A DNA stretch of 64,000 bases from the human T2T-CHM13v2.0 reference genome, Homo sapiens: assembly GCF_009914755.1 (NCBI RefSeq), contig NC_060925.1; one strand, 5' to 3'. The notes beneath the pieces are model-generated. The model ran no database searches. It was not told the origin of the DNA and was given only the letters and a program-made list of their open reading frames with translations. The first letter of the stretch is position 1. Each line of letters opens with the position of its first letter. Shown here in pieces: positions 27,163-39,500 of the stretch. A program made the translations under genes and the position numbers.

Positions 27163-29116
27163 AGAAAGACAACCCTGGGCATAGTGTAGAAGGAGAGGGG
27201 AAAGGAATGATGGGGAGGCAGCAGGTCCAGGTAGGATTCAACTGCAATAACCTGAGTGATAGCTGATAAGAACCTGAGCTGGCACAGTGTCAACCGGCGG
27301 GAGAGGAGTCAAACTGGGAAATGAGAGGAGTTGCACCAGACTGAGCTTATCAGTTGTCTGGGGTTGGGGATGACAGAGCAGAAAGAGTCTGGGAAGGTGA
27401 ACGTTCAGGGTTTGAGGTCCTGCTGCAAGGGACAACATTCTTTGAAATGTTTTTATCTTAAACATTCATGCAAATTTCTATTTTTTACTTAAAAATGTAC
27501 CAATGTTTGCATTTCTATGAAAATAATATGTAAAACAAGTTTACAGACCGAACTTTCCTTTCCAAAGCTTCAGAGAAAATGGACATGTAAGAAAACTGCA
27601 CCATGGTCGTGTGTGGTTTCTGATGCTCCCAGCAAATACCCCTTTTGAAAAGAGTGGAAGTCTTCCATGATCTGGCAACATCTCCCCTTGTAACCTTCGT
27701 TTTGGCCAAACTGATCTATTTACGGTTCCCTTAGCCTTCTCATGAATATTCTACTTCTCTGGTTTTGTATGTTTCAGATTTTCTGGTGCTTCTCCAGGCC
27801 ATCTTCCAGGGCCAACTGAGATACTGCATCCTCCCTCCAGCCTTCCAGAACTATGAACCCCTTCTAGCTCCTTTCTCTGAAATTCAGCAGACTTTTTCTG
27901 CGCTGCTTTTATAATTTAACGGTAGATAAAATCATATGTAAAAAGAGCTAAAAAAAGTATTGTGACTATTATTATTATAGTGCTTCAAGGTTGTATGTTT
28001 TGTTTTTTTTCAAGCAGATTTTAAGTCCTAGAAGTCAGGGACTATGTCACTGATGTCTTTGTTGCTGCACTCAGCTCAACATATACTTTTTGGATAGATG
28101 CAGTCATTCTGTATATAGAAAACAAACTTATATTCAAGTAGAGGGAACAGATGGTAACTTTTTTCCCCCAGAATATATTTGTGACTTTAAGTTGAATGTT
28201 TATTCCCATTAAATGAACTATTTTATTTCCTCTGTAAAGCAAATTTAAATATCAGAAAATCAGGATATCTCCTCTCTTTATGTTTTCTCCTTTGATGTGA
28301 CAAGTAAAAGGTAGGGCTTGGGTCACCTTAGGTGGCTGTGATTCTGATATTGTGCAAGTGCAAGCACTTTTTCTGTCAAGCCTGCCTGAGCCCAGTTCTT
28401 AGCTTTTAGGCAGACATTTCCCTGCTTGCAAAATCAAAAGCTAAGAGAAGTATGATGGGAAATTGCTTTCTAAAGACACCCATGCAGAAGCTTATGGCTT
28501 TCCCTGAAGGCCTCCTCTCCTTACACTAGGTTGGGTATTTCCACCATGTCACACTTTATTGTTAGTGTTGATGGCCTGGGCTCCCCAGTAGTGGAAGCTC
28601 CCTGGGGGGATGTCTGTGTCTTATAAGGCAAAATCTCATCAAAGAGTGTATTGGAGTTATTTCTTGAGAGAACATATGAAGAGAAAACTGGAAAATGTAC
28701 CAGAAGGAGGTAGAAGGAGACAAAGATCATTTGATACTTTTTCAGTCCACTAAAGGTCTGAATCTGGTAATTATGGGTTGAGAAAATGGAGAGAAAAAAT
28801 GCAGAGAATTTCTGGTGAAGCTGTTGATACAAATAGAAAGGCTGAATGAGGGAAGTCAAATAAAAAAAAGCAGAAAAGTATGGAACAAATGGATGAGGCT
28901 ATGGTTTGGAGGAATCAAAACATAGTATATCGGTTAAGTGACTTTAGATTCAGAGAAGAAAATGGAGTCTTTTGAGTTCACTTCATCTCCTTTCATATCA
29001 TCCTGGAACCACGTTCCAACTGGCAAGGCACTAGTTATCTACTGGATCTCTAAATCCTTTAAGAGGTGAATTTAACCTCCAAAATGTGCTTTGAATTGGT
29101 GGTTTCTTCACCATCA

Positions 29117-29637
29117 TTATTATCGACGTCCTATGGCTGCCGTAACAATTTACCACACACTTAGTGGCTGAAAACAATACAAATGTATTATCTTATAGTT
29201 GTGTAGGCTAGAAGTCTGATATGGATCTCATTGGGCTAAAATGAAGGACTTGGTAGGGCTGCATTTCTTTCTGGAGGCTTAGGAGAGAGAATCTGCTTCT
29301 TTGCCTTTTCCAGTTTTCAAAGGCCATCTGCAGTCCTTGACTTGTGGCCCCTTCCCCTATCTCCACATCCAGCAATGTTACAGCTCTCTGCCTGGCTTTC
29401 ATGATCACATTTCTTTCTCTGATCCTTTTTTTCTGCCTCCCTTTTCCACTCTTAAGGACCCTTTGATTACTTTAGGCCACCCAGATGGTCCAGAACAGTC
29501 TCCATATTTTAAGGTGAGTTAAAAGTTTCCATCTGCAACCTTAATCCCCTTTTGCCATGCAGCCTAATGTAGTCACAGGTGCTGGGAATTAGGGAGTGGA
29601 CATCTTTGGTAGGCGAGGCTTTATTCTGCTTACCACA
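29117..29637 (-). mobile_element. MLT1D-type solo LTR
   Basis: 'ctatggctgccgtaacaatttaccacacacttagtggc' through 'ttattctgcttaccaca', ~520 bp. Confidence 0.82.
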
Positions 29638-29699
29638 ATCCTTGGTCACCATTATCCTGACCTGGATTGCTGCAAAGCCTGAGCTCTGCAGGCATCATA

Positions 29700-29945
29700 C
29701 AGCCAGCAAAGAGCAGAGCCAGAATGTGAATGCAGGAGTCAGGCTGCCTGCATTCATTTTCTGGCTCTGCCATTTGCTGGCTGTATGATGGATGTTAGGA
29801 AGGCAAGCCTCTCTCAGCCTCAGTCTCCTGTTAAAGGAGGACACTAATTGCACCTACCTCATGGGTTGTTATTGTTGTGAGGATTAAATATATACCTGTC
29901 ACGCAGGGAGCACTGTGTTGGCAATTGTTATTATTGTTACTGTTA
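29700..29945 (+). mobile_element. MIR
   Basis: 'ctggctctgccatttgctggctgt...cacctacctcatgggttgttattgttgtgaggattaaat'. Confidence 0.75.
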
Positions 29946-29949
29946 TTAG

Positions 29950-30400
29950 CTAGTTTCCTGGCCTCTACTCTCAACCCTCTCCACTCTATCCATACTGAAG
30001 CTAGAGTGATCTTTCTTAAACACAAGCTGATCACAGTCTTCCTTTTCATGCTATGAAAATCATTTATGCTATGGTGTTTGCTCCCCAACCTCTCTACATT
30101 GAGTCATATTAGGCTATTTGAAATCCGTTGAATGGGGCAGATATTTCACGTCTCTGTGTCTTTGTACACAGCACTCCTTTTGCCTGGACTTCCTTCCTCC
30201 CCTTGACTCTGTGTCCAACTTCATTCATACTTCAGAGCCAATTCTCTGAAATCCTGGGCAGAGCTGATTACCAACTGAACTCTTCTGCACCAGCTACGTA
30301 TCTGTGCTCCACACCACTCACACCCGAGTGAGCCACACTGGCCTCATAGCTTCTGCCTGGAGTCTGGCACATACTAGATACTCAAGAAAAGAGTGTTGAG
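29950..30400 (+). mobile_element. L2 fragments
   Basis: 'agctagagtgatctttcttaaacacaagctgatcacagtc' and 'tctggcacatactagatactcaa'. Confidence 0.65.
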
Positions 30401-31188
30401 AGCACTGTGCTGGGAATTTATTCTTTGCAATTTATTGGAGTGTTTTCCTCATGAATTTTTTTCTGGTGTCTCCCTTCCCATGCTGCCAGAAGCATCCATT
30501 TGCCTCAAGGAGGAATAGGGTTTCTATAATAGGAATGCAAAATGAAAACTATCTAGCTTTTGATGCCCAGAGTAGGAATTATTTTAAAAAATCTTTTAGT
30601 TTTTTTTTTAATTTAATAGTTTTGTGAAACCAGGACTTGCCAATTAGAAAGGGCTTTTCAAAACTTCTTTGGCCTTTTTAGTGTATTAAAAGCCAGCTTA
30701 GTCGAACTAGGTCTTAGAGATTCTTCTGTAGCATAGAGGGGACACCGTTTTCTGCAATTAACCTGGGCATGAAGTTTTGTTGCCCTGAGAAGAAGAAAGA
30801 CAAGTGGCAGAAGAGCATTCCAGAGAGGAAAAGAAGTGAAAATCTCCCCCTTGAGTCCTGATGAATTTTGGGAAGGAGAGAAGACATGGGGTGGTGAGAA
30901 TCTTGCATCACGCTTCTACCTGGTAGATATGGGAAAGCCAGAAGCAGAGGACATTTACATTTTCCTAGTTTCCTTTCAGGACTCTGGGAGGAAACTGCTT
31001 TGGAAGATATTCCTTGTGTCATATGGAACAGTCATGTTAGAGCAAAGAAAATGGCGAGCTACGGTTAAGCAGAGGGGGAATTTGAGCTCAGCTTCTAGAG
31101 GTCTTCCTCTGCTCTCAGGTAGAATGAGAAGAATCCAGAAATTTCTTCCTGCCCTACTGAGTGATGTGCCCTACTGAGTGATCATTGA

Positions 31189-32830
<1,642 letters not shown>

Positions 32831-32889
32831 ATTCTAAAAATTTTAAAAGCCACCTAAAGAGTGTTCCCAGTTTGCAGCAGGGTTATAAT

Positions 32890-33060
32890 TCAAAATGTCA
32901 CTTGCAAGTTGGTTATTTGGAATTCACAGGGGATATCTCTACATAGAAATAGTGTACTTACTAGTGACCAGGTTTCTAGCCCAAGTATAACTTAAAATGC
33001 AGCTGAAATAGAGCATATTTGAAATAAATAGTTGAAGATCATAATGGTACAATGCCAAAG
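32890..33060. mobile_element. Possible Tigger15/MamRep-type DNA transposon relic
   Basis: 'aagttggttatttggaattc...catagaaatagtgt...aggtttctagcc' resembles recalled consensus. Confidence 0.35.
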
Positions 33061-33339
33061 TTTTTAAAAAAAATAACAAAAAAGAATTAAACTAAACCAG
33101 TTTATTTTGAATAGACTTTGAGGGAAAACACATTTAATTAAAAAGGGATAAGAGGTAAACGAAGATCCTAAAGAGGATGTCTCAGCCACTTTCAGGGTTT
33201 CACTGGCTCTTTGTAAATCTGATTTTCACTTGAATGTCTACAGATTCCCCTTTTCTTGTTATTGCTGTTTCTCAGGCATCAATCTTGTATATTGACTATG
33301 AAAATAGATTTCACATTTTTGGGTGGGAGGGGAGACTGG

Positions 33340-33960
33340 GGAGAATTCCTGTTATGTTCCAGGCCTGGAATCACTTGAGATACATCAAGGGACAAAACAA
33401 AGTTTCTGTTTCTGAGGAATTTTCTTTCTTCTGGAGATATTCAGACACCAAACTAATGAAAGATAGATATATCATAAAATATCAAGTAGTGATAAGTGCT
33501 TTGAAGAAAAAAATTGGCATAAGAGATGAGATTTTAGATACACTAACAAAGGCAAATCCCTTTGAAGGAGCTGCTGACAGAGTTCCTCAAAGAAGTAGGG
33601 AGTAATCAATGTGGCTCTGCAGGAGGAAGGATATTCTAGGCAGAGAGAAGTGAAGCTTAAAGCCCCATGCATAGGCAGTTTCCAGGAACAGCAGAAGACC
33701 AGTGTGAGTTGGGTGGTGTGGCAAGAAGACAGCATAAAATGTGGGGTCAGGGAGGTCGGACAGCCATGAAAGTACTCTGTGTCATACTCTAAGCGTGATT
33801 TTTTTTTCTATGTGTGAAGTTGTAAGTTTTTCCACGAGAATCATGAAAGACTTGTGTACAAGAGAAAGAGGTAATGGTAAAAGATGGATGAAAGAGGGAG
33901 AAAGCATTTTTTTTTGTCATATTTCTGAGTAAATAGATAATTTGAGATGTATTTACTCAG
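33340..33960 (-). mobile_element. L2 fragment
   Basis: 'gtgataagtgctttgaagaaaa', 'attctaggcagagagaag', 'ccaggaacagcagaagaccagtgtg'. Confidence 0.7.
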
Positions 33961-34025
33961 GGATAAATAGAAGGGGTAGAGCAGGGAACTAGTGAAGGTG
34001 GCAGGGGTCAGATAATTTCCAGAGC

Positions 34026-34043
34026 TGACCGCTAGATGGTGTA
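34026..34043 (+). promoter_or_regulatory. Candidate CTCF site
   Basis: tgaccgctagatggtgta fits TGRCCASYAGRKGGCR; preceded by ttcc-N5, the spacing of the upstream module. Confidence 0.55.
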
Positions 34044-34599
34044 TTTAGCCCAGGACAGCTTGGTTACTGTCCAGAGCAAGCCTGGGGTGGGGAGGAACAG
34101 AGCAAAACCACAAATTTACTTAGACTAAGAAAGTTTATGCTTCAGTGTAAAAACTTGTCACTTGCTGAAATCATGGGAAATAATTTTCCTAAGATAGAAG
34201 ATAGTGAAAATTATGAGTAATTTACACAACCTTTATTGTTTTGATAACACTAATGTTCCTTCCTGCTTTCACATCTTTTTATAGGAATGAAGAGGGAGCT
34301 AAGACTTCCAGGTGCTCTAGATAATACCACCCCACCCCAGAACAACCACATGATTTACAGGAGAAGTGGAAGGGGGACTGAAAGTCTGTGTGCTCCTGCC
34401 AAGACTCCAGCCCCTTCTTCCTCAACATACACAGCCTCTCCATGACCATCAGACCACAAGGCCTGACATCATCTGGTTCTTGATCCCATTTTGCATGAGT
34501 TACTACAAGAATTCTGGGACTCTCAGGTCCTCCTCAGCCTTAGACTCTAACTCTCATAAGGGTCTCTGCAGGGTATGGCAATGGAGCCTCCCCATCCGC

Positions 34600-34775
34600 T
34601 TGCTCTGCTTTCTGATTCTCCATGGCACTTACGGCTCCTGCCATTTATATAGCTTATGTATGCTAGTGGGAGCTCTATGCAGGCAGAGGTTTGTGTCTGT
34701 TTTGTTTACTTCTGTATTCCCAGGGCATAGAACAGTGACAAACAGCATTTAATAAATATTTGTTGAAAGGTTAAA
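34600..34775 (+). mobile_element. L2 3' end
   Basis: 'ctgtattcccagggcatagaacagtg...aataaatatttgttgaa'. Confidence 0.75.
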
Positions 34776-36479
34776 TATTATTTACTTGGAAGAACAAGGC
34801 CGGATCTAAGCAGGCCTGTGCATGCATGAGAAGTGGAATACGGGATTTTCAAGAGCTTCTGCAGGCAAGGAGACTAAGTATTTCCTGCCACCTGCCAACT
34901 TTCTCTGTTTCCTTTGATCCCAAAGACCCTGTGGAGTTCTTATTGAAAGGATGGTTTAAATGACAACTTTCACATGATCTCTGAGAGCTGTGCAATAGTT
35001 GGCATTTGCCTGCAGGCTCTCCACCAAGGGAGGCTTGTTAGCCTAGAATGGGGTTACCACAGGGGATTGTACAATCTAATTTTCTGAGTGTCTTGGGATG
35101 TTGCTCCTCTCCCCACTCAGACAAGGAAGGCGTTATAATATAAGCCTTTGTATCATCTCTTTCACATCTTAATAATCAGTACAGGGAGTCCCCCTGCCCC
35201 TCAGGTGACATTAAAAGTGCTCAGTTTGTATAACTTGCATAAGGTCCATATGGCTTCTGCCCTTCCCACTACTCAGAGGCTACTTGAGAGGCTGCAGGGA
35301 AACACCCAGCTGTGGGAGTATGGCCTGCCCATGAACCCTTTAGCATGTTCCTTCCCCTTAAGTTTAGCTGCTTTATAGACTGTGAGCACCTTGAGGGCAG
35401 GTCTGGGTCTTGACCATCTTTGTAGCCCCGCAAACCAAGTTCAATCCCCCAAGCTCCCACTGCCAACCCAAGGTAGTTTTGTTGGTCTACAGCAAATGGT
35501 AAACTTGGCTGATATTGGCATGGTGATGACTTTCAGTTTTAATAGGGAGTGTCACATTTTGGCAGCAGGCATTGCAGTACCTAGGCCCCTGCCTGTGAGG
35601 ACATTCCTTCTGCCTCTTGACTTGCTCCATTTGCTTTGTGTTGTGTCTAATGCATTGCCCTTAAGTCAGAACAGCTGGATGGATCTCTGTAGAATATTTT
35701 TTATTTAATGTTTTTTGAGAACCGGCAGGGAGAGTGCTGCTTGAAAGCACACAGGCCATGTCTATTTTCTTTCAACATCTACAACTTACAGAAAGAAGCT
35801 AGATCACAGGCACATGGAAGCTAAACTCTACCTTTTCTAATGTAAACAGGCCTTTTCATCTGCTTTCTCTCTTTGTGAACAGGGAGATCTGTAAGTGACA
35901 TGGGTGAGTGATGGCAACAGTTGGCTCCCTAGGTGGTCTGATGGTGACAGTGACTCTGCTGGCACCTTGTGATAATTTTGATACTCTTTCCCAGTTTGTG
36001 AACATCCTCCTTTCTCCCTCCAGCAACTTGACCATTTCACTGCAGTTAGCACTTCCAGAAAGGGATAAACCAAGTAAGGGATGTGGACAGCAAATGAGTC
36101 AATTGTGCTGCAAGTTGGTCATTCCAAAAACATGTGCAACAAGAGGGAGAGGCTGAAATTAATGGCCAGGATAATGATTTGAGATTATTTATGGCACAGT
36201 GCTTCCCACTGAATTAGGTTGAATAATTCTTTTTTTTTTCATTAGCTCAGAGGGCCTTATATGTATATCTGTCAGAACAACAGTTCATTGAGGTGGGAGA
36301 AGAATGTTGTTTCTATCATTGCAGGAATGATGACAACCTCGTACATATCCCCTTTCTTTTTATGTAATATCCTCCAAAGTGGGGTACAAGCATTCCTTCT
36401 GTATGATAATTTCCTGGAGCACAGGAGTAAAATATTAGAGTTTCTATTTATTTGTATCTAAAATAAGAAAGAAATTAAG

Positions 36480-36608
36480 CTCTAAAAATATATACTATAT
36501 GGGTTGACAGTAACTTACATATAAAATTTACAAGTAAATATATTTTGGGGGCACATGCTCAAAAGTTTTTACTCATGGGGTGGATGATCAAGAAACTTTG
36601 GACACAAT
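36480..36608 (-). mobile_element. Charlie4-like hAT fragment
   Basis: 'gggggcacatgctcaaaagtttttactcatggggtggatgatcaagaaactttggacacaatg'. Confidence 0.5.
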
Positions 36609-38481
36609 GATATAAATAATCATGAGGAGAAAAACCCGTTGGAATATTAGAAGTTTCTCTGAATCAGGTAGTATTCAAAAGAGGAAAGATATGTTCATGT
36701 AAGTCATTATTATAACAACAAAATTTAAAATTGTAACTCAGGGATTCTCATCCCAGAAATATTACTGCATATTACCTTAAAGCTCATGTCAAGACAAGAT
36801 GTCAAGACAGAAATTTAAACATGTCATGAAAAGGGCAAATAAAATTGACTCAAGTTGTGATTTGAATATGGAGAATGACAGAAGAGTTTCTGAGACACAC
36901 TGTGGGGAAGGTGTAGCAAAATGGTCCCTAAAGGAGAGGTCTTAGTCTCATGTGCAGGCACCAGAGGTGTCTTGTGCAGGGAGCACTTGGTAAGTGAAGC
37001 ATTGCTGTGCCATCCCTGCAATAGCACCAGCGATAGCCAGTCAGGATGGCCGTGCAAGAGCTGAGCCCCCTTTTCTCTTGCCCTTTCTCTTGTCAACCTT
37101 TTCTTCTTATTATTCTATTGAAAGGCACATTTTCTATTACTTGTTGGGGTATCTGCTGAGAGGAGATATGTACCTAAGAGATTAGACCAAATATATCATG
37201 AGATTCTTAACAGACTGAGAGTTCAGTGGGAATATTAAAAAGCAGGCCAGACACAAAGGCTGATTTTTCTATTACTGCCTTACTCCAAGACCATTCCATT
37301 CGGTTGAACTCTGCAAGTCAACTAATGCACAGCTCATCTCTCTGGCTGGAAAAGGGCTGCAGTTTCATCTTTTGGGCAATGCTAAAAAAAGTCTCACTCA
37401 CTATTTTAAACTTGAGTTCTCCTAAGCAAGTGAAATAAGTCTTTGTTATAGATATTGAAGCTGGATGACTCCTCCCCATGGCCTGGTGTGGACTCCCTCT
37501 CTAGAAGGCATAACTATTGCTGGGTTAGCTGACTCAGAGGTTCATATACTCTCTGGCTGTGGGTCATTCTCTCTTCTGCTCTTTCAAGGGTCCTTAAGTA
37601 GGGAAGAATCAGAGTGGGAAACTGCTGGGTAGTGTTCCATCAAGGCAGCTATGGGAATGTTCGAGCCAAAGGAAGGTGGCTGAAGACATGGAGGGCAGGG
37701 GGCCAGTGTACAGGGAAGACCTAGTGGGGTCAGGACTGGTGTCAAGGCCAAGGTCAGTTATTGCACCCAGTCATGTATTCCTCATTGATGTCTTTATACA
37801 AAATGACAAATGTATACAAAATGACATGCTGGAAGCCAGCCAGCATTAGGATACAGGGACTTATGCCCCCTTTTCTGTGTTCTACTAGTTTGCTAGACTT
37901 TCATCTTTATTTTTGATATTTTTCCCCTCAAATTACTGGAGAGACTTTGAAATATGCAAGAGGTATCTCTTTTTTCAAATTCCATCTCTTGCCATCAGCA
38001 TGAGGACCACTTTTGGCTTATGGACAGTCTGTAAGACATGTGGCATGTGCTGGTGACTTTCTTGTCCTTGCAAAGTCACAGGAATGTCACTGCCTGGATA
38101 GGCTTAGGAATCACAGCTCTGGCTTAATACCTGCTCTTTCTCTCCATCTATCTGGGGATGTTTGATGACTTTTCAGTGTAGAATGCAAACAAATGAAGAT
38201 GTATCTAAGATGCCTTTGTTTAGCAACTGGCTGGCTATTTTATCATGGCTTTAAATTTAGCTTTTTACTAATGACTATGTGCATTTGGGAGGAAAGGCTG
38301 GCTTTGCAGGTAAGAAAGCAGCTGTGTGTGTCTTGTTTAATGCCTTTATCATATTGCCCTCTACAATCAAACTTCTTTTTCATTAGCTACAGAAATGTTT
38401 GAAATTAAGCCTATATTCAGGGCAAGACTGAGCACTTCAGAGGATTCAAAGAAGTAGGAGCCACAATTTCTTTTTTAGAAA

Positions 38482-38569
38482 TTTCTTTCTTTTCTTTCCT
38501 TCCTTCCTTCCTTCCTTCCTTCCTTCCTTCCTTCCTTCCTTCCTTCCCTTCTTTCCTTCTTTTCTTTTC

Positions 38570-38641
<72 letters not shown>

Positions 38642-38678
38642 TTCTTTTTTTCTTTCTTTTCTTCTTTCTTTCCTTCTT
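38482..38678 (+). repeat. (TTCC)n-(TTTC)n polypyrimidine microsatellite
   Basis: Seen directly. Confidence 0.98.
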
Positions 38679-39245
38679 TGACTTTCTGGAATGCCAGATA
38701 AGTAAGACACCCATGGGGAGCCATGGGCGGCTTCTGAGGAGAAAAGTCTCCTTATTGCCTTCATGGCTGTATGCCCCGAGAGCATAACGGCTCAGTGGCA
38801 TGCCACAGGTTGCTCGGGGAAATAACACTGCCTTGAAGCAGTGGAGTATAATCAAACATCTTGGCTCCTCCTGAAACCTACTCCCACCCATTTCAGTCCC
38901 GATAAGTTAAAGATCTTAAGTAGTTTAGACACACGCCTTTGCTCGAGGAAATTCACAGAAACCACCACTGCTATACATCTTATTGAATGACTCACAAGTT
39001 CTCCTTCACTGATTAATCCTTTTCCTCATCCCTTCCTACCCTCCCATTTGCCCTAAGAACAAAGAGCTTGTAAACCAATAAATTGGGTGGAGGCTGAGAG
39101 CTCGGGGGTGTGAGCAAGCCTCCGAGGCTCTGGTCCTCTGGACCCACCTTTTAAACTCTTATTCTGTCTCTTTCTAAATCTTTTGTCTCTGCTGGACTCG
39201 GGGTACCCGCTGGGTGGTGTGGGGCTGTGGGGCTGGTTTCCCCAA

Positions 39246-39246
<1 letters not shown>
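38679..39246 (+). mobile_element. HERV-K-class solo LTR, LTR14 family (LTR14C-like)
   Basis: 'ctgaggagaaaagtctccttattgcc', 'cccgataagttaaagat', AATAAA at 39077-39082, 3' end 'ggggctggtttccccaac'. Confidence 0.8.
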
Positions 39247-39276
<30 letters not shown>

Positions 39277-39318
39277 CTTCTTTCTTTTCTTCTTTCTTTC
39301 TCTTTCTTTCTTTCTGTT

Positions 39319-39392
<74 letters not shown>

Positions 39393-39469
39393 TTCCTTCC
39401 TTCCTTCCTTCCTTCCTTCCTTCCTTCCTTCCTTTCTTTCCTCCCTCCCTCCCTCCTTTCTTTCTTTTC
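39247..39469 (+). repeat. (TC)n-(TTTC)n-(TTCC)n polypyrimidine microsatellite
   Basis: Seen directly. Confidence 0.98.
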
Positions 39470-39500
39470 AAACGAAACTATTTCTTTTCAAACGAAACTA

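Larger units (their letters stand above)
26560..27430 (-). mobile_element. L2 fragment interrupted by the Alu composite
   Basis: 'ttctagaaagatgaccctgg|gcatagtgtagaagg' rejoins into an L2-like 'ttttagaaagatcactctggctgcagtgtggag' motif. Confidence 0.6.
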
